A DNA stretch of 64,000 nucleotides from Nitrosopumilus sp. GTDB lineage: Archaea; Thermoproteota; Nitrososphaeria; Nitrososphaerales; Nitrosopumilaceae. A program made the translations under genes and the position numbers. The stretch covers positions 736,001 to 800,000 of the forward strand of contig OZ242186.1 of the NCBI GenBank assembly GCA_965205675.1, read 5' to 3'. The notes under the pieces were generated by a model. That model had not been told where the DNA came from and made no database searches. It worked only from the letters and a program-made list of their open reading frames with translations. Shown piece after piece: positions 1 through 10,041 of the stretch; position 1 is the stretch's first letter, and the number at the start of each line of letters is the position of its first letter.

Positions 1-56
1 ATCTTCATCACATTCTGAGTATTTTTTCTCTAGTAAGAATCCCTTGAAAAGAGTTT

Positions 57-209
57 ATGTTGATCTATGCTCTTTTTGACAAGACTCTTTATTATGTTTC
101 TAATGCTAAATTTCACGTGAATTGCAAAGAGGGATTTGTTCATGATTTTGTGTGGTTTGAGATACTATCCTCAAAAAGATGCCTGCATTGTGGAAAAGAA
201 GAAAACTAA
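57..209 (+). CDS. small Cys/His-containing protein (50 aa), possible zinc binder
   Basis: Hand translation MLIYALFDKTLYYVSNAKFHVNCKEGFVHDFVWFEILSSKRCLHCGKEEN; C-x5-H and CxxC motifs; below the ORF-track cutoff. Confidence 0.45.
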   Translation: MLIYALFDKTLYYVSNAKFHVNCKEGFVHDFVWFEILSSKRCLHCGKEEN

Positions 210-320
210 ATCTCTGGGGTTTATTTTTTCCAGTTAGTTACTATCTGCCTGTATCGCACATACTCTATTGATTCTGCATTGAATAAAACCAATAAATAAA
301 ATTAGAATATTCTGTTATTT

Positions 321-725
321 ATGGGATGTATTTTCTGTGATATTTTAGACGGTAAAAGAAATAGTCATATGTTATATGAAGATGAATCTTATGTTGCATT
401 CTTAGATAAATATCCTATTGATGTTGGTCACAGCCTAGTCATTCCTAGGAAACATTATGAACGAATTACAGATATGAATTCAGAAGATGTTGGAAATGTC
501 TTTTCTTTGGTTCCAAAAATTGCCAAAGCGATATTGTCTGCTACAGGAGCTGATGCATTTAGTCTCGGACAAAATAATGGCAAAGCTGCAAGGCAAATAA
601 TTCCACATGTCCATATACACATCATTCCTCGTTACAACAGTAAAGGAACCGTATGGACTGAACGTATAATTCCAACTGATGATGAACTCTCAAAACTATC
701 TAAAAAAATTCGTAATTTTATTTAG
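321..725 (+). CDS. HIT family nucleotide hydrolase
   Basis: N-terminal CIFC and histidine triad HVHIHII. Confidence 0.93.
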   Translation: MGCIFCDILDGKRNSHMLYEDESYVAFLDKYPIDVGHSLVIPRKHYERITDMNSEDVGNVFSLVPKIAKAILSATGADAFSLGQNNGKAARQIIPHVHIHIIPRYNSKGTVWTERIIPTDDELSKLSKKIRNFI

Positions 726-1998
726 CGTGGCCTGGATTATATCTTAAAATCGCCCCAATCTTTCCTAAACTTGCAAGATTGTTTCCGTGTTCTGCACTTC
801 CTGATATAACTTCTAACTGAGCTCCTGTCTTTGATGCAAGTATTTCCAGATAATCTACAATGTCTTGCTCGTTGACCTCAACTTCCATGGCGTTACATTC
901 TGGGCATGGTTTTGATGAATATTCTGTCTTTTTTGGAATGACTAGTGGCCTTTCGATAATTTCTTCTTGAATATGTTTACAACGCTTGCATTCTCCTTCA
1001 ACTCTATGCAAATTTGTGTTATCTGTAATTAGCAAAGTTTGAACTACATTGTTTTTCAAATATTCTATAACTTCTTGCAATCCATAGGATCCTTTCCCTG
1101 TGTTTGTGTTTATCTCTCTAAATAAATCCTCGATCATTTTTTTCTCTTCGACCATTCTAAAACTACTTAAAATATCTGCAGATCTTGTAAATGCTTCTCG
1201 TATGCCTTCTGCTCCTGAATATGACGCATCAATTGTATTGATGATATTGTTCTGTAATCTATATTCTAAATAATTTCCATTAATGAAATCTTCTTTTGTG
1301 GGTCCTGGTCCTGAAATAATCAGCCCTTTTACTGGATAAATATCGATAAAATATTCTCTAGTTGTTTGCGCTACTCTGTTGTAAAAATAACTCAACTCCA
1401 TCTCTCTTAGTTTTTGAAATCTTTTTGCAGACTGTCCTCCCTGTCTATGTTTTCCTGCTACCCCTGAACCTGTCTGAGACAACACTTCAATTTTATCACC
1501 ATGTAACAATCCCCAACCTGCATCTTTTGCATCAATTGCTAAAAATCCAATCAAGTTGTCATCCTTGAGCATGTCTTTTAGAATGTCTACATGAAAATGA
1601 TCATCACATCTGTACAAATATTGATTCAAGTCTTTTGGAGGATCTATCTCCCATACTTTGACTACTTCACTTCCTAATGGTCCTCCTTCTTCTGGTGGCA
1701 ATGCCCCGCAAAACATTACCAGTCCTCGTTCTGGAGTTTTTTTGTACAGCTTTAATCTCTGAACAACTTTGCCCAAAGAATCTACTACATGTGATCTTGT
1801 CAAATCTGATTTTATGTTATCTGCTGTTCCTTGTTCTTGTTGTAATGAATTGATAATTTCATGTAGTTGCTTTCCTTTTGGAATATACACTGTGATTAAT
1901 TCTGTGCCTCTACCTGATTTTTTAGATAATTCTTCTAGTGTTTTTCTAATTTTGTAGATTTTTACAGAATCTTGTTTTTCAATCTCAATCTTGGGCAT
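718..1998 (-). CDS. prf1: peptide chain release factor aRF1
   Basis: NIKS motif, YRCD motif, GGQS catalytic motif, C-terminal GAILRY. Confidence 0.97.
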   Translation of the reverse strand: MPKIEIEKQDSVKIYKIRKTLEELSKKSGRGTELITVYIPKGKQLHEIINSLQQEQGTADNIKSDLTRSHVVDSLGKVVQRLKLYKKTPERGLVMFCGALPPEEGGPLGSEVVKVWEIDPPKDLNQYLYRCDDHFHVDILKDMLKDDNLIGFLAIDAKDAGWGLLHGDKIEVLSQTGSGVAGKHRQGGQSAKRFQKLREMELSYFYNRVAQTTREYFIDIYPVKGLIISGPGPTKEDFINGNYLEYRLQNNIINTIDASYSGAEGIREAFTRSADILSSFRMVEEKKMIEDLFREINTNTGKGSYGLQEVIEYLKNNVVQTLLITDNTNLHRVEGECKRCKHIQEEIIERPLVIPKKTEYSSKPCPECNAMEVEVNEQDIVDYLEILASKTGAQLEVISGSAEHGNNLASLGKIGAILRYNPGHAK

Positions 1999-2045
1999 TG
2001 TGATTTGTCTTTAATTTACGAATATATCTTTTTGATTATTTTTAA

Positions 2046-2690
2046 TCACAACTCATCAATTGTTTTCAGAAATACTTCTAATGGTTGATTTCCTCTGATC
2101 TTGATTACTTTTTCATCATTGAATATCAGAAATGATGGAGTTGCATCTACTCCTATCTCTTTCCCAAATTCGTAAATTAAACTCACTTTGTTTTTGTATT
2201 TGTGTTCATCCAAACATTCATTGAATTTATCCAAATCCAAATCTACTGTACTTGCAAAATTATTTAGAGATTCACTAGTAATCCATCCTGTTCTTTCCCC
2301 CTGCCAATTTTTGTATAATTCATCATGATATTGCCAATATTTTTCTTGATCATTTGCACAATAGGATGCTTCTGCTGCAAGAAATGAATCTGGACCATTT
2401 AATGGAAAATCTTTGAAAACTAATTTTACTTTTCCAGTTTCAACAAAATCTTGTTGTATTGTATTTAAAGTATCTTGATGAAATTTGTAACAAAATGTAC
2501 ACTGATAGTCTCCCCATTCCAATATGGTGATTTTTGCATTTGCATTACCCATAATGGGGGATCCTCCTTCAATCAACTTTGATGTGGTTAGTAATTGTGA
2601 TTCTGTTTCAGACTCTGGATAAAATGCCAAAAACATTCCGGTAACAATTCCAATTACTACTGGAATTATTAATAAATAAATTTGTAACAT
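2046..2690 (-). CDS. DsbA/BdbD-family membrane-anchored thioredoxin-fold protein
   Basis: N-terminal TM helix, DYQCTFC, ATP cis-Pro loop. Confidence 0.9.
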   Translation of the reverse strand: MLQIYLLIIPVVIGIVTGMFLAFYPESETESQLLTTSKLIEGGSPIMGNANAKITILEWGDYQCTFCYKFHQDTLNTIQQDFVETGKVKLVFKDFPLNGPDSFLAAEASYCANDQEKYWQYHDELYKNWQGERTGWITSESLNNFASTVDLDLDKFNECLDEHKYKNKVSLIYEFGKEIGVDATPSFLIFNDEKVIKIRGNQPLEVFLKTIDEL

Positions 2691-2779
2691 GTATGTGTGA
2701 ATATTATTTCAAGTAAATACTTTGTTTAATTTTAAATCTAATTTCGCATCATTGTCATTATTTCTGATATTTTCTTACT

Positions 2780-3085
2780 GATTTCTTTTTCTTTCTGATA
2801 GATATTTTGTTTAATTTTTTAAGAACTTTTGTATTATTTATCATGTGTTTTAAGACCTCTAATGAACATGCTCTTTTAATTACTACAATAGCATCGGTAA
2901 TGCATCAAATAATGTTTTTTCTAAACCCTCTGATACAAATATTATTTTTTGGTAAGAATTGATATTTGGAATTTTCACTATTGGTTTTAATCCTGGCGTA
3001 TCTGACATTTTTTGATCTAATGCTGTTACCATGATTTCTATCCTGGCTTTTGCTTTAATTATAATTCATGCATAAATCATCATTT
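2780..3085 (-). pseudogene. decayed response-regulator receiver-like gene
   Basis: Minus-strand fragment ALDQKMSDTPGL...QKIIFVS resembles receiver D-x-x-M-P and IIF-x-S motifs; interrupted by stops; boundaries approximate. Confidence 0.3.
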
Positions 3086-3156
3086 TTGACGTGTAATACA
3101 TTTGATTTTTTTAAATATTAATTATCTAAGCATTCACTGCATTACAATGAAACAAT

Positions 3157-3474
3157 CTACTGTGTTTTAATTTTAATTTCTATGTTACAACTAGGAGCAT
3201 TACCTGTTTCATTTTTGAAATCTTCAATTAATTGCAGTTGTATTTCCTTTGGATTTGCTACAAATATTCTTTGATATGATGAGGTTTTTTGTTTGCATTC
3301 ATTTCCTTCAAATTCAGTATCTGCATATCTTGCAAATCTTTTTTCTAGATTATCTGTCTCTCCAATGTATATTGGAACTTTATTTCTGTTGTACAAAACA
3401 TACACTCCTGGACTTGATTTCACATATTGGGCACTATTTGTCCATACTCTCATTTTATCATCCAATAATTCCAT
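3157..3474 (-). CDS. small GIY-YIG-like domain protein
   Basis: PGVYVLY...IYIGET...RF motif pattern. Confidence 0.7.
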   Translation of the reverse strand: MELLDDKMRVWTNSAQYVKSSPGVYVLYNRNKVPIYIGETDNLEKRFARYADTEFEGNECKQKTSSYQRIFVANPKEIQLQLIEDFKNETGNAPSCNIEIKIKTQ

Positions 3475-3573
3475 AATCTATTGTGATTACACTAGATATT
3501 AAACTAGATTACAGCATCTGTAATGTTATAACAATTCTTATCCTTTTAATATTGAATTAAAAAAGATGTAATC

Positions 3574-5253
3574 CTGTCTTTATTAGAAAAATTCCCTCCC
3601 AACTTCACTCCTAGAGAAATTCAAAAAGAGATCATTGGTCAAATTGAAGAAAAACTGCAATCTGGATTCAAAAAAATCATTTTATGTGCACCTACAGGAG
3701 TTGGAAAATCTCTTGTGGGTGCAACAATTTCACAGTATTTTGATAGCTCATTTACTGTTACAGCATCAAAACATCTTCAGGATCAGTACATCAAAGATAT
3801 TCCATTTTTAAAACCTGTTAAAGGAAAGCAAAACTTTCCATGTCTCAAACTAATGGAATCTGAAAAAGTTGATAATGAAAGAAAAGCTATGAGGTGGGGT
3901 ATTACATGTGATAAAGGTGCATGCCAAGAAAGAGTCTCTAAAAATGGAAAAGAAGTTTTTGAAGTTTGTAAATTCAAACCTAGTATAACTCAGGTTGAAG
4001 AAAATACTACTGATGCAAAATCTTGTCATTATTACATGCAAAAATATAATGCTCTAGTCTCAAAACACTCTCTCTGGAATTACCATGCATTTTTTACAAT
4101 TATGAAATTCAATAGAAAACTCTTTGAGGATTATCTTGATAGGAAGGTAACTGTTTTTGATGAGGCTCACAAAATTGAAGATCAAATTATACAGTTTGTC
4201 GGTTTTGATATTTTTGCAGGACAAGTTGATGAATGCAATTTAAATTCTGAAAAATATGATCTTACTGATTTAGATTCTATGATAAAATTAACTGATGACA
4301 TGGCATATTCTTATGCTAAAAAAATCAAAGATATCAAAGAAAGCCCTGCATTTCAAAATAATCCTGATTATGAACTAATCACTAGTCTAGAACGTCGTCA
4401 TGATAGGTCTGCACAAGCAAAAATAGACATCATGTCTGATAAGGATAATTTTATTGTGAATAATCCAGTTAAAGATTTGAATGATAATTTTAGAAAAATT
4501 TCTGTCAAGCCAATTGATGTTTCTAAATTTGTCAATTCTTTTTTTGAAACTGAATATCAATTATTCATGTCTGCCACTATTGACAAATCAAGCTTTTGCG
4601 AAAACATGGGATTGAGACCTGATGATGTTGCATTTGTTGATACAATAAAATCTCCTTTTCCAATTGAACATAGAACTATTGATCTTCTTAACATTAAACG
4701 CCTTAATTATGGTTCTACTGAAGAAGATGAGATTGAAGTAATCAAAACAATTGATAGGATTATGGATGAGCACTCAAATGAACGCGGATTGATTCTCACC
4801 TCTTCAATACCTAGATGCCAAAAAATTATTCGATATCTCTCCCCAAAAAACACTCAAAGAATTCGTCTTTGTCATAGTAAGAACAAAGATGGAAAATCCC
4901 AAGATGAGGTGATTTCTGAACATGCCTCTGATCCTACAGGGGTCTTGCTTTCATCTTCTCTGTGGGAGGGAGTTGATTTGAAAGATGATTTATCTAGGTT
5001 TCAAATAATTGCAAAGGTTCCATACCCGAATTATACTGAAAAAAGAACAAAGGCCAAAATGAATAAATTCCCCTTATGGTATACGTCTCAAACTCTAACT
5101 AAAATTTTACAAGGTTTTGGACGTTCAATTCGAAGTGATGATGACTGGGCAAAAACATATGTCTTGGATACTGCTGTGAATAATGTTTTTTTCAAAGGTC
5201 AACAGATGATTCCAAAAGCCTACTATGATGTTTTAGGTATGGATGAAATTTAA
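3574..5253 (+). CDS. DinG/XPD-family (SF2) ATP-dependent helicase
   Basis: Q motif PREIQ and Walker A APTGVGKS lie upstream of the tracked start at 3715; DEAH, SAT and QGFGRSIRS motifs; probable CTG start at 3574. Confidence 0.9.
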   Translation: MSLLEKFPPNFTPREIQKEIIGQIEEKLQSGFKKIILCAPTGVGKSLVGATISQYFDSSFTVTASKHLQDQYIKDIPFLKPVKGKQNFPCLKLMESEKVDNERKAMRWGITCDKGACQERVSKNGKEVFEVCKFKPSITQVEENTTDAKSCHYYMQKYNALVSKHSLWNYHAFFTIMKFNRKLFEDYLDRKVTVFDEAHKIEDQIIQFVGFDIFAGQVDECNLNSEKYDLTDLDSMIKLTDDMAYSYAKKIKDIKESPAFQNNPDYELITSLERRHDRSAQAKIDIMSDKDNFIVNNPVKDLNDNFRKISVKPIDVSKFVNSFFETEYQLFMSATIDKSSFCENMGLRPDDVAFVDTIKSPFPIEHRTIDLLNIKRLNYGSTEEDEIEVIKTIDRIMDEHSNERGLILTSSIPRCQKIIRYLSPKNTQRIRLCHSKNKDGKSQDEVISEHASDPTGVLLSSSLWEGVDLKDDLSRFQIIAKVPYPNYTEKRTKAKMNKFPLWYTSQTLTKILQGFGRSIRSDDDWAKTYVLDTAVNNVFFKGQQMIPKAYYDVLGMDEI

Positions 5254-5262
5254 TTTTAATGA

Positions 5263-5460
5263 TCATCTTCTTTCAGCACAACTGCACTTTACATATATCA
5301 TCTTGAATTCTCCATTTGTTTTTACATTGTGTGACATTGGTTTTCGACATTGTTGACATTCTGTAAATCCAAAATATTCATCAACTTTGATCATTTTATA
5401 ATCCCATGATTTCTTTTCTTCATTCCAAAATACAGAATTTATTTCAGACGGGCCTTCCAT
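5263..5460 (-). CDS. small Zn-ribbon-like hypothetical protein
   Basis: 65 aa ORF with CQQC and CSC. Confidence 0.7.
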   Translation of the reverse strand: MEGPSEINSVFWNEEKKSWDYKMIKVDEYFGFTECQQCRKPMSHNVKTNGEFKMIYVKCSCAERR

Positions 5461-5494
5461 GTATGATCTTTAATCTATTTCATTAATTAATTTT

Positions 5495-5707
5495 CTATGG
5501 TCTTAGGTTTTTGAAATCAAGACATTTTGTATCGAATTCGTTTAGATATTTTTTTGCATTAATGTTTGCATCCATTATGTATAATTCACATGTTTCTGAA
5601 TCAATTAATTGTTGGTGGTCATTACTATTTGTAGCTACTTGCAATGCTAAAATACTGACTAACGCGATTATGATAATTATTGCAAATTTGCTTGAATAGA
5701 TATCCAT
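5495..5707 (-). CDS. small membrane-anchored hypothetical protein
   Basis: N-terminal hydrophobic helix, two Cys. Confidence 0.65.
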   Translation of the reverse strand: MDIYSSKFAIIIIIALVSILALQVATNSNDHQQLIDSETCELYIMDANINAKKYLNEFDTKCLDFKNLRP

Positions 5708-6440
5708 AAGTTTACATTACAAATTTTAAACCTAGGTTTAATCATTTGCTATACTGTAAAATAATCCTAGATTTTATCATATGTGATAATTTTTACCAAA
5801 TCTCTATTTCTTGATCTTAAATCCCGTTAATATTCAGATTTCTATCGTGAATATCTATCCTTTAGAAAAATTAATTCAGATGGCTTCATATTTGTCATTT
5901 ACAGTATTGATCTATTGGGCCTTCATCATCAAATATGAGTTTTGATATTAATTTATATCTCATTTATCTATTCTGCGATATGTCTCTGTTAATTTTGTGT
6001 ACTCCTGTAGATTCTTCCTTAGTGTATGTATCAAGCTTCACACATAAATCAATACCATTACACAAAAAATCAAAGATCAGCTAAATCATTCTACAATACA
6101 TGTCAGAGTGTGGTCATGAGAAAATCATCTTACAATTACAAGAAAAAGTAAAACAACTCATGCAAAAATTATCATACTATGAAAATCCACACTCACCACC
6201 ATCAAAAAATTCACTTGAATGGAGAAAACAGAAACAAGATGCAAAGAAAAACAGAGATTCTGATTCTGGCAAATCAAAACGTGGTGGCATACCGGGTCAC
6301 AAGGGCACAACACAGAAATTCACCCCAACTAGTACCATACATCACAAATGTTTAGAATGTCCCAAATGTGGAAGTGAAGATATCCTTCAAATCAAGACTG
6401 CCAAAAGAATAATGGTTGAAATCCCTCCACCAACTCAATA

Positions 6441-7594
6441 TAGTTTAGGCATATAAATTTTGAACGAATTATCAACTATTTTAACCCAAAAGATCTAGAT
6501 CATAGTTTATACTTACAGAATCATGTCAAAACAAACTAAAGCATTAATGGTATCTTCAGGAAGCCATTTCATGAAAGGAACAAGCATTAATTTTTTAAGA
6601 AAAACATGCAAGAATGAAAAAAATGCAAAAGCGAAGATAAGATTAAAGGCTGCAATACTAAGAAAACAAGATATTCCATATTCTGTGATATGTGCCAGTT
6701 TGGATGTCATACCATCAACTCTGTCCTACTGGCTAAATCGAATGGATAAAGAGGGAATAACTGCATCACACCGTAAGGAATATTCTGGCTCTAGATGTTT
6801 CTTAAATAAAAAACAACTAGTGTCATTAAGAGATGATCTAATTTCAGGTCCAGAAAAGTTTGGATTCAATCAATTCATGTGGAGTACAAGAATGGTAATT
6901 ACACATGTGAATAAAAAATACAACACGCTATACTCTGCAAGAGGAATGCGTGAATTGCTGCACAGAATCGGATTCTCATCTAAAAAACCAAGACAGACTC
7001 ATCACAAATCAGCCTCAAAAGAGGAACAAACCCGTTTTAAAAAAACGCAAAAAGGAGTATCAAAAAATATTCCAAATTGGGATACACCACACTATGTCTG
7101 GACGAGTCAACAAATAAAGTAGCACCCAACATAAAGCGCGGATGGTATCTTGCAGGCAATAACATTACCACACCAATTAATTACACTCGAGAAAAATTTC
7201 AATCATTTGGTGCATTGGGCAATAACGGTGTATTTTTTTGCAGGTTCTATGATAAATCAAACACAGACTCATTTCTTGATTTTTTAGAATCACTGCAAAA
7301 ACAATTTGGTAAGAAATTGTTACTGTTTGCTTTTTTGTAGATAATGCATCATACCACAAAAGTGTCCGAGTAAAAGAATTTCTCAAAGCACCAAAAAATA
7401 AAGTAATAATTAGATATTTTCCTGCATACACTCCAGAACTCAATCCAATTGAGATACAGTGGAGAGAAGAGAAAAATGGTAATGCCAATACATTCTTTGC
7501 AAATGGAACTGAAATGAGAAAACACATGCAGAAGAGACTAGATAATGGAGCGGTTCGAGTTGTTAAAGTGTTCAAATATTTAATGCCTTAACTA
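6441..7594 (+). mobile_element. IS630-family element nested in IS66
   Basis: TA duplication (6439-6440 and 7595-7596); imperfect TIR TAGTT(T/A)AGGCAT; HTH ORF 6523-7122 plus DDE frame (LDES, DNASYH, YTPELNPIE); slippery TTTTAAAAAAAC at 7035-7046; extra frame disruption near 7325-7340. Confidence 0.92.
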
Positions 7595-7596
7595 TA

Positions 7597-7682
7597 CATT
7601 GCAACTGACACCTGCAACTTTTCCAGATAACAGGTCAATTTCCGGTTGAAATCCCTCCACCAACTCAATACATTGCAACTGA
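7597..7682 (+). repeat. 39-bp direct duplication flanking a 35-bp unique insert (CRISPR-like repeat-spacer-repeat scar)
   Basis: GGTTGAAATCCCTCCACCAACTCAATACATTGCAACTGA is intact at 7644-7682 and split by IS630 at 6414-6440 plus 7597-7608; unique segment 7609-7643. Confidence 0.85.
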
Positions 7683-7955
7683 GCATGTCTTGTATCAATA
7701 CAATTGTAAGAACTGCTCTGATAGTTTCAAGACAGATGGAAATCTTCCACCATGTGGATGCTTTGATGCTTCTGCAATACGTGAGGGGGTCTCATTATTC
7801 TCAAAGAGAATGCCATACGATACCATTAGAGTAACTCTTCAAGAAAGATATGGATTGAAAATTAGTTGCACTACAGTACAATCTATTCTTCGCACTGGCA
7901 GTATTATGTTAGAACCATTGTACCATGACACTATACTTCCTAACATAAGTTCGTC

Positions 7956-9031
7956 AACCATCCTCTCGTTGCATATACTTGAGAATGTCTAAATTGAATC
8001 GTCTGGTTCTGTAATATTTGGAGATGTTATTTTTCAGATTACTTAGAGATGGTTGATACTGTGACACCAACAAATTGTATTTTCCTTGCTTCCATACTTC
8101 CTCAACTGCATTGAACTGTGGTGAGCCTTTTGGAAACCAATTCAATAGAACATCATCTGCATTCTCATCAAGATATTTTTGTACTAGTTTTGATCTGTGT
8201 TGTGGTGCTCGGTCTACATAGACTAGAATCTTGCCAAACTTTCTGTGCAATTCCTTTAGATAATCCAAAAAACAGTACTGATCAAATTTTTCATATTGTC
8301 TGAATAATTGCCTGCCGTCATGAGTCAGTGCACCAAAAATGATTGTTTTTTGATGTGACCCGTTTACTAGAATAATTGGACGGGTTCCTTTCTTTACCCA
8401 CATCTTTTTTCTAAATATCGCATCAGCAGTAAAGATGGACTCATCTTGTGCAAGAACTGTAAAGCCTTTTGCTATTTTTGAGGCTATTTGTTCTTTGGAG
8501 TTTTTTTAAACCAGAGTTTTTCCTCAACACTAGCTGAATTTACAAATCTCTTTGCTGCAACCTTTGGAACAAATCCCCATTTGTGTAATAATCTGTACAC
8601 ATGAACCTCATGATATTTTACACCTGATTTTTGATAAATCAGATTCATCACTTGCTTTGCACTCCAGCCGGATTGTTTTTCTGCAATTTGTAGTTGAATG
8701 CTGACTAGTTTCTTTTTTGGTATACTAGTTGGTCTGCCAGTTCTAGGCAAGTCTTGCAGTCCTGCAATTCCATATTCTGCAAATCTATCTAACCATTTGT
8801 ATGCCCATGAACGTACACGTCCAAGATTCTTTGCAACATGTGATGCAATTTGGTTCTCAAGTAATACTCGCTTTATCAAAAATAGCCTTTCTTTTACCTT
8901 GACGTTCTTTTCATCTTTGTATGCTTGAATTAATTTTTGATTATTCATGGTTTGATGTGTAATGTTTTGATCAATATGGCATTTGGTAAAATAAATCAGA
9001 TCAACAGATCATAAAATTTTGTTAGAGAGTA
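7956..9031 (-). mobile_element. second IS630-family element nested in IS66, 3' TIR truncated
   Basis: ORFs 8484-8948 (HTH) and 7954-8403 (QDES upstream, DRAPQH, SPQFNAVE) joined by a TTTAAAAAAAC slippery site near 8500-8510; 5' end TACTCTCTAAC next to TA at 9032-9033. Confidence 0.88.
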
Positions 9032-9812
9032 TAGTAGTGAAATTGTGACTGAAAAGATCCTAGGATTAGATGAGACGACATTCCCAATTGACGGAAAGAT
9101 GGGATGGATGTTAGGTTGCAAGAAGCAAAACTGAAGCTCATTACACTTTAGAGTACAGTAGAGGTGCTAAAATATTAAAAAAGTATTGGAAAAAATTTAC
9201 AGGAATTCTAGTATCTGATGGATACGCTCCATACAGAACGGTATTTTGTGATAATGTAAAACAGAGATGCACTGCACATCTGCAGCGTGATGCAAAATAT
9301 CTTGCAAGAAAATCAAATGATAAACAGGCTAAAACCATTTATGGAAAACTCTCAAAACTATTGCATCGTGCAAGACGGTATAGCATACAAGAACATTCAG
9401 AGAAACAACGTAAAAGATATGCGTTGAATTTACTAAAACAAACAGATTCTATAATATGTCAATACATGTCAGGTGATAAAGAAATGATTCAGTTTGGTAA
9501 GAAACTAAAAACTGCAAGAAATAGTCTGTTTACATTTGTGAAATATCCCTGTATTCCATCAACTAACAATGACACTGAAAATTCTATTCAAAAGTGTATC
9601 ATGCAGAGAAATGTTCGCGGACAGATGAAAAGCAATCAGGGAATGAGGATGCTTTCTATATTTTTAACATGCTTTGAAACATGGAGGATAAGGGAGTTGA
9701 ATATGTTTTCTGAGATGGCAAAATACATCTAAAGTGCTTGATACATACTCCTTAGTTGTTATGTGTGCTGAATGACTTTCAACAGGATCTTTATAAGCAC
9801 TAATTACACAAA

Positions 9813-10016
9813 ATGTTTGTGAAAAAACCTTTGAAGAATAATGTGCCAAAGATCTACTGTGAAAAATGTGATCTTGTTTTTGACTCTAGAGAAAAATTTG
9901 ACAATCATTTTGACAGACATTTTTCTGGTGCTGTATGTGAGATTTGCCCAATTGACACTGCTATTACAAAATTTGTAAATCTCTTTAAACGAAAATCCTC
10001 TCAGAATTTGGAATAA
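9813..10016 (+). CDS. small zinc-finger protein
   Basis: CEKC-x12-H-x3-H plus CEIC. Confidence 0.75.
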   Translation: MFVKKPLKNNVPKIYCEKCDLVFDSREKFDNHFDRHFSGAVCEICPIDTAITKFVNLFKRKSSQNLE

Positions 10017-10041
10017 GTTTTTTTAACCAAGTCTCTTTGTT

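Larger units (their letters stand above)
6100..9732 (+). pseudogene. IS66 transposase in pieces (6100-6440, about 7645-7956, about 9053-9732)
   Basis: Contiguous IS66 motifs split by two IS630 insertions, a 74-bp duplication/insertion and a frameshift/stop near 9110. Confidence 0.88.
6024..9748 (+). mobile_element. IS66-family element (single-ORF, ISBst12-like), disrupted by nested insertions
   Basis: Perfect 13-bp TIR GTATGTATCAAGC (6024-6036 and 9736-9748); 8-bp TSD TCCTTAGT (6016-6023 and 9749-9756); transposase pieces NPHSPPS, GGIPGHKG, CPKCG, LDET, SDGY, QRCTAHLQR, STNNDTEN. Confidence 0.93.

Noticed and set aside
7177-7575. 132-aa minus-strand ORF
   Set aside because: Antisense to the IS630 DDE domain; no recognisable motifs
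6414-7682. Calling the repeat-insert-repeat a functional CRISPR array
   Set aside because: Only two repeats, one broken by IS630; no leader or cas genes; the repeat is native transposase coding sequence. Kept as a scar hypothesis only
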